From: a virus
Taxonomy: Duplodnaviria; Caudoviricetes
Virus record (IMG/VR): IMGVR_UViG_3300045738_001902
Coordinates: 1-51,059 of that record
Strand: one strand, 5' to 3'
DNA: 51,059 nucleotides
In this document: positions 45,781 through 51,059 of the stretch, piece by piece
How the letters are laid out: every line of letters begins with the position of its first letter
Position numbering within the stretch: the first letter of the stretch is position 1
The notes under the pieces: model-generated
Told to the model about the DNA's origin: nothing
Databases searched by the model: none
What the model saw: the letters and a program-made list of their open reading frames with translations, nothing else
Program-made: the position numbers and the translations under genes

Positions 45781-46821
45781 ATGACTAAGGCTCTAGCATC
45801 TAACCTAGAAGCAATCTCATAGGGGGTCACGATCGATTCTTTCTCTTTCAACACGGCCGACTACCCTGCGGTTGATCGAGCGGAGCGCTATCAGCAAGCT
45901 TATTCCCCCGGAGCCAGAGTATCTCCCACGGGACCGGATTTCCGCGCTTCGTTTGCTGCGGTGCGGCTCGACGACAGCTTGATCTATCAACGTTGGATCA
46001 ATGACGTCGAGCACAAGCGCTCTTCAGCGCGAGCTAAGAAGGATGGCTTCGACCATTTTGTTGTGACCGCCGTTCTCTCCGGAACGTTGGAGGTGGACAC
46101 CCAGGGCTCAAAACTAACTGTGCCGTCGCAAACAATCTCGGTTCTCGATCTTTCCTACCCCATGACCACTCGCGCTAGGAACGCGCACATCGTCACATTG
46201 GCGGTAGCAAGGGACCGGCTATCGGAGACAACGGCTGCGCTCGTCGGTGCCAAAGGCCTCGTGCTTGAAGGGACGATGGCCACGTTTTTTACGCAGCACC
46301 TTGAACAACTTGCAATCTCAGCAACTAACCTTCAGCCCAGCGAAGCGAGGCAGATGGTCGAGGTGACCCTCAGCATGCTCTTTGCAGCCATCAACAGCCA
46401 TGACAATTATAGTCGAGAGCGTCCGAAAAATTTCTGCCTTATCAAAAACTATGTGGAAGCCCACCTTACTGAAAGAGACCTCGGACTGGACCGAATTATC
46501 GTGGAAACCGGTCTTTCGCGAGCGACGATCTACCGACAATTTCGCCAAAACGGCGGTGTATCTGGCTACATACGCGATCGCCGCTTACGCCGCTTGGCCA
46601 TCGAACTCGTAAAATCGCGAGAACCATTGGCGAACTTGGCTTTCGACGTCGGCTTCGCAAGCGCTGCTCATGCGAGTCGAAGCTTTTACGACAAATATGG
46701 GATAAGGCCTGGGGAATACCGTAAAACGTTCCATGCGACTTGGTCCAACGACATTCCCGAGGCACTGATGGACGTGTTCTTGAAGGAAGTTTTACCTCAA
46801 CAATTGATCGAGAGGCCCTGA
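45781..46821 (+). pseudogene. AraC-family regulator with an in-frame TAG at codon 14 (or truncated product from GTG 45961)
   Basis: ATG 45781, TAG 45820-45822, then in-frame FSFNTADYPAVDR...; C-terminal double HTH GLSRATIYRQF...GFASAAHASRSF..YGIRP. Confidence 0.7.
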
Positions 46822-46943
46822 CGCCTCAAAAATGAGACGCTGAGGCATTTCTCCGCGATCCGTGCGAGCTTAGGTTGCCCTGTGCAGCAGATCTGTGCCG
46901 ACAAGTCGTCGTGTATGTCTGACGAACACAAGGAACTGTCCAA

Positions 46944-47366
46944 ATGGAAACCAAAAACAAACTAAAATCTACTACGATCAGCGGCCTTAGTGCCATTGCA
47001 GGCATTATGATGTTTACCTACGGTGCACCGAGCAAGAGTCAATCTGCGCCGGTAAACAAGTGTGAGTTCTTCGAGCATTTCGATTATGAGGGCCGTTCCT
47101 TCATGCTTCATCATAATCACGTTTTAACGGTCGGAACTGACGTTCAGGTAAAGCATGAGGATGCACGGCGGACCCGTGGGGACTATCAAAAGTTCGTTGA
47201 TCCAACGTGGAAAGGCATCATCTCCTCTGTCAAAATTGGCTCCAACTGCGTGGCGCAGATGAACTTCCCAGGCGGAAACGGAATTAATGTGCAAAAAGAC
47301 GCTCCGCGAATGTCCGGCCAGTTTAACGACAGCGCAGAATACGTGTCTTGCTACTGTGAGAATTGA
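46944..47366 (+). CDS. Secreted beta/gamma-crystallin-like protein, 140 aa
   Basis: Signal peptide; CEFFEHFDYEGRS, ISSVKI, FNDSAEYVSC. Confidence 0.7.
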   Translation: METKNKLKSTTISGLSAIAGIMMFTYGAPSKSQSAPVNKCEFFEHFDYEGRSFMLHHNHVLTVGTDVQVKHEDARRTRGDYQKFVDPTWKGIISSVKIGSNCVAQMNFPGGNGINVQKDAPRMSGQFNDSAEYVSCYCEN

Positions 47367-47538
47367 TTCCAGCGAAATCCTCGTGGTAGGATGATGCGCA
47401 GCTTCGCAACTCGACCGAGGAGTTGTCGGGTAATTTATAAAGTAGCGCTTTCAGGTTTCCAGGAAGATCAGCGTTAGACCTCCAGCGGGAGATCGGCGCG
47501 CAGATCCTCATATCTAAACAGTAAGGTGGTCGAGCGAA

Positions 47539-50500
47539 ATGACGGCAAGAATGTTTAAGGCTGCGCTTCTCATTACATGCGCGGTCATGGCCTCACCTAC
47601 TTTGGCGCAGTCAGATTCGGCCCGGCAAAACCATTTTCGATTGAGCGAAGTCGTTGTCTATGGGCAAGAAACTGGAGAGGAACGCGGCTTCATCGATCCC
47701 GAAGCTTATGATGAGCTACTAGCTTCGTCTGCGACACCAGAAAACGTGAAGCAGAACCTGCGTAGCGGCGTTCAATGGGCGATCACAACCGGTGATGGAC
47801 GGCGAGGTTGGGTGAGCCCCGATTTCGAGTGTATCAAGGTGCTCGATTTTCGGGAGTTCCCCCAATGTCAGGGTAATGCCGAAGCGGGCAAAGATATATT
47901 CGAATTGTCGATTCCGAGGTCGCAACCAGCGTTGAACAGGCTGGTCGCGGCACCAGAACAGGCCGATGCGGCTCGCAGCGGACGTGTGGCCTTCGTGAGC
48001 TCCGATGGCAGCGCTTCGGTTGGGAGTAGGTCGGTTTTCATCCTGCGTAATACCTCCAGCGGCGAAACCATTCTCGTCCCTGTCGATGGCCACGAAGCAA
48101 CGTGGACCGAGATCTCCATCAGGCCAGGTAATTACGAGGTAATTCCTCCTGCTCCGTCCATTAACGGCTACCAAAGTTTTTACACCAAGAAGGTCAGTGA
48201 GACCCAGATCACAGTAAATGCCGGCGGAAGTCCGGTGCTCGTGGATTTCAGCCTTGGGGTGATGATAACACCGGTGGCCATGCGTGTCGGCGAGGTTACT
48301 AGCGACAGTGTTGCGCTAGACTGGGATTCTCTGCCTGACGTTAATATCGAGAGCTACACGTTGGTCCGCACCGATGGCGGCACAGAAGCGGCCAATATAG
48401 AGGCAGGGGACGTAGTTACTCGCGGGCAAGCAAATGCTACAAGCGCTGTTGCCAAGGGGCTCAGCTCCAGTCGAATGTATACTTTTACACTGTTTTCTAA
48501 AGCCAGTGATGGAAGCAATCTTCCCACTCGTTCGTTAACAGTTTCCACCTCCCGTAAGACTGCCGATCTGGAATCTTCCTATGCGCTAGCTCCAAATACA
48601 ATCGTGCCGGATAATTTCGCTGCCCTCCGCGCCGAACCGGTTTCGGCGACGAGCATTCGAGTCGCCCTGCCTGCCAATCTAAAGAGGGGCAGCAGCAGCC
48701 CTATACCCGGGGTGGCAGAGGCTGCACTGGAAGGTAACGGCTGCGTTGTCGGCACACCGTTCCTTGTCACCACCGATGTCGCGGGCGATCAGTCGTTCTA
48801 CGGTTTGATCGATGCTTGTGAGGGCCCGCCGACTGGCGCTAGTTCGGCGATCGTCAACCGCCAAGTGCCGCTTTCTGCGGTATTCGATTATTTCAGCGTG
48901 TCTACCAATGACGAGGCTGAATGCTACGATGCCATGACCGGCAGGCTTTTGTCGGCAGGCAATAACGCGTGCACTCTTGTGCAAGAGCAACCTGAACTTG
49001 TGGCCGACGATATGGCCCGAGCTCAACAGAATGAGGCGGGTGATGGGGAGACGCCGAACGGACCAACCCTGCCCTTTAGGGGGGAGACCAACCTCGTTAG
49101 AGAGCAACGTTACTCATCAGTATCCGGTGATCATTATCTGATATTTCAGGATGACGGTAACCTGGTGGTATACACTGCAAACGGACAATACGTATGGGGT
49201 CTTGACCGAGAGCCTGATGTCGATTTCCAGCGGATCGCACGGGTGACCTGGCAGGGTGATGGCAACCTTGCCGCCTATTCGGCGGATAACCAATGGATTT
49301 GGTCTGCGCTGCACGAAGGCCCTGATCCGAATGCGCTCCTGTGGCTAAACGAAATGGGCACCTTGCAAATCGTGGTCGACGACCGAGTTATGTGGAGCGC
49401 GACCACCCCGCTTTCTTCCCGGATAAAAAAGAGTGCTGGGGAAGTGGATTCGGGCGAAGTCACGGCTGCAACCGCGTCTCTGATGGCGGGTAGCGGAATT
49501 TCCCCTTCAAGTTTCCAGTTCGTTGGAGAGGGGCGCGGATACTCCAAAGTCACCAAGCGCTTCCACTACAATGGCATATACACACAGTGGCAGGAGCCGA
49601 CCGCGTCTTATGCTGCCAACATGTTGGATGCAGGGCCACTTAATTATCAGAACACATTCACCCGCAGGCTGACTCTTAGTGATTCGATTGCTTCTATGCC
49701 ACGGACATACGGCAGATCTGTTCCGGGGGTGAGCATCATCCGAATTGAAGATCCAAGCAGCTTCTCGGCTGCGGGATCGCTGTTCGCTATGGCCTCTTCA
49801 ACCCAAAGGCTCAAATGCGAGGGAAAAGGCAGCGCCAAGTTCGCCTTGGCCCCTCGCATAGATCCGTTGAAGAAATTTAGCTTAACGATCTCTGGGGGGG
49901 CGTTGAACTGGGACATTCAAGCTGGGGTAACGGCTTCTTTTAACCCGGCAGTGGAGTTTGACGGAAGTTATTCGTGCGCACTTGACCTACCGAGCATCGA
50001 TATCAAGTTCGCCGGTGCGGCGGTCCCTGTCAGCCTGCGACTCAAGCCCGATGTCTCGGCGGAAGCAACTGCAAGCTTGAAAGTGAATGGGCCGTCGCTC
50101 GCCCTTGATGTCGGCATTCAGAGCACGGGCAGAATTACAGTCGAGACGCGCAGCTGCAAAGTTGGATATGGATGGCTTAGCACAAAGGTTCTTTGTGGGG
50201 CGAGTATGGGGGTATACCCCAGCACCAAGCCAATCGCCAATTTTAGACGCGGCGGCGTCAGTGCCAACATCACTGGAACGCTCACCTTCCGAGCGGGAGT
50301 GGAGGCAAATCTTGGCTTTGGCTACGATATCGGGATTGCGAAAGCACGTTCGGGTTTCGCCCTCACTTTGTCCCCCCTATCGGCTGAGTTGAAGGCGCAA
50401 GCTGGCACAGCCAGTTGCGTTTCGGCTTCGATCGGCTACCAAATTGATGCCGCTCTAGTCGCCGAAGCCTATATTCCAGTCTTCTTGGATGAAGAGAAGC

Positions 50501-50577
50501 GTTACCCGCTCTATGCAAGCGGTCACCAGGGCTACCCAAATGCGACATTCGGGGTTGGGGATTGCGGCGACGATTAA
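47539..50577 (+). CDS. Large secreted protein with FN3 and bulb-type lectin domains, 1012 aa
   Basis: Signal peptide; FN3 VTSDSVALDW...YTFTLFS; QDDGNLVVY and QGDGNLAAY motifs; beta-rich Cys-containing C-terminus. Confidence 0.8.
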   Translation: MTARMFKAALLITCAVMASPTLAQSDSARQNHFRLSEVVVYGQETGEERGFIDPEAYDELLASSATPENVKQNLRSGVQWAITTGDGRRGWVSPDFECIKVLDFREFPQCQGNAEAGKDIFELSIPRSQPALNRLVAAPEQADAARSGRVAFVSSDGSASVGSRSVFILRNTSSGETILVPVDGHEATWTEISIRPGNYEVIPPAPSINGYQSFYTKKVSETQITVNAGGSPVLVDFSLGVMITPVAMRVGEVTSDSVALDWDSLPDVNIESYTLVRTDGGTEAANIEAGDVVTRGQANATSAVAKGLSSSRMYTFTLFSKASDGSNLPTRSLTVSTSRKTADLESSYALAPNTIVPDNFAALRAEPVSATSIRVALPANLKRGSSSPIPGVAEAALEGNGCVVGTPFLVTTDVAGDQSFYGLIDACEGPPTGASSAIVNRQVPLSAVFDYFSVSTNDEAECYDAMTGRLLSAGNNACTLVQEQPELVADDMARAQQNEAGDGETPNGPTLPFRGETNLVREQRYSSVSGDHYLIFQDDGNLVVYTANGQYVWGLDREPDVDFQRIARVTWQGDGNLAAYSADNQWIWSALHEGPDPNALLWLNEMGTLQIVVDDRVMWSATTPLSSRIKKSAGEVDSGEVTAATASLMAGSGISPSSFQFVGEGRGYSKVTKRFHYNGIYTQWQEPTASYAANMLDAGPLNYQNTFTRRLTLSDSIASMPRTYGRSVPGVSIIRIEDPSSFSAAGSLFAMASSTQRLKCEGKGSAKFALAPRIDPLKKFSLTISGGALNWDIQAGVTASFNPAVEFDGSYSCALDLPSIDIKFAGAAVPVSLRLKPDVSAEATASLKVNGPSLALDVGIQSTGRITVETRSCKVGYGWLSTKVLCGASMGVYPSTKPIANFRRGGVSANITGTLTFRAGVEANLGFGYDIGIAKARSGFALTLSPLSAELKAQAGTASCVSASIGYQIDAALVAEAYIPVFLDEEKRYPLYASGHQGYPNATFGVGDCGDD

Positions 50578-50885
50578 GGAAGGCGCATATCTGTTTTGAT
50601 CAGAGGTGGCCGCGGCCAGGTCGCTATTTCTGGAAGCAAGAATGCGGCAGCTTTCCGATTGATACGCGCCAGTTCCAGGAGCCGAATTGGGGTTCGAAGC
50701 AGCCGCTACCAAAGCAGAAAAAGTCGGTGTGGCGAATGCTTCCACAATCAGCGCGCTTGGTTCCTGCCCTGTGTCGTGGCCGGAGCTTGGTATAAGCACC
50801 TTGACCTTCTCACATACCAGGATACAAACCGGGACACATCAACAGAAATCCCAAGGTTTTCTGCGGCTTTCAGGTTGCCTGTGAT

Positions 50886-50913
50886 GAGGGTTAGAATCCC
50901 TTCACCCGCTCCA
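50886..50913 (+). repeat. attR of island 2: displaced tRNA-Gly 3' end
   Basis: GAGGGTTAGAATCCCTTCACCCGCTCCA versus 39647-39674: 26/28 identical, both mismatches in the T loop. Confidence 0.9.
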
Positions 50914-51059
50914 TTTTTGTTTGCGCACGCCGATCCGGGCGCGCGATGTCCTCGCGCCTTCGGCGCTGCGGGCGGGCAGTCGCCCTTGCGACGCCTGCGG
51001 CGTCGTTCTGCCGCTTGATCCCGATCCATCCTCTGCAGAGCCTGCGAACTCTCGACAGG

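Larger units (their letters stand above)
39647..50913. mobile_element. Decayed genomic island (~11.2 kb) at the tRNA-Gly 3' end
   Basis: 28-bp tRNA 3' repeat at 50886-50913; integrase stub next to the tRNA; CTTCTCACA at both ends (39741, 50806). Confidence 0.8.

Noticed and set aside
45465-45854. Short ORFs between the receiver and AraC genes
   Set aside because: No recognisable motifs, mutually overlapping; cannot support any
50886-50913. Another tRNA gene
   Set aside because: 3' fragment only; interpreted as an att repeat

Overview
GC-rich DNA whose gene content (GapR homologue, HWE kinase, GAAC-N7-GAAC-like box) suggests an alphaproteobacterium, probably a sphingomonad. One tRNA-Gly(CCC) locus has been hit by two elements from opposite ends. 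(1) 263-39637 is an apparently complete ~39.3 kb temperate podovirus-type prophage. It carries a tyrosine integrase, a leftward early operon (GapR homologue, ACP-like protein), a CI/Cro switch with 19-bp operators, a Toprim primase, a P-loop helicase, an orphan adenine MTase, an iteron-rich non-coding region, a terminase, T7/BPP-1-like head, tail and ejection genes, a tailspike and a lysis cassette. It duplicates the 5' half of the tRNA, so the host promoter stays at attL and the intact tRNA lies 39 kb away. (2) 39647-50913 is a decayed ~11 kb island that duplicates the tRNA 3' end. It carries an integrase stub, an ECF sigma/anti-sigma pair with a trimeric autotransporter, and a lower-GC block (PAS-HWE kinase, receiver, interrupted AraC, crystallin-like protein, FN3/B-lectin protein). 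The most interesting leads are the 5'-half integration geometry, att-arm motifs repeated inside the phage, an ACP-like protein lacking the phosphopantetheine serine, a LexA-box cassette paired with a non-cleavable repressor, a repressor-operator-like site before the capsid gene, and a leader shared by two distant operons. All calls come from reading the sequence by eye; no searches were run.
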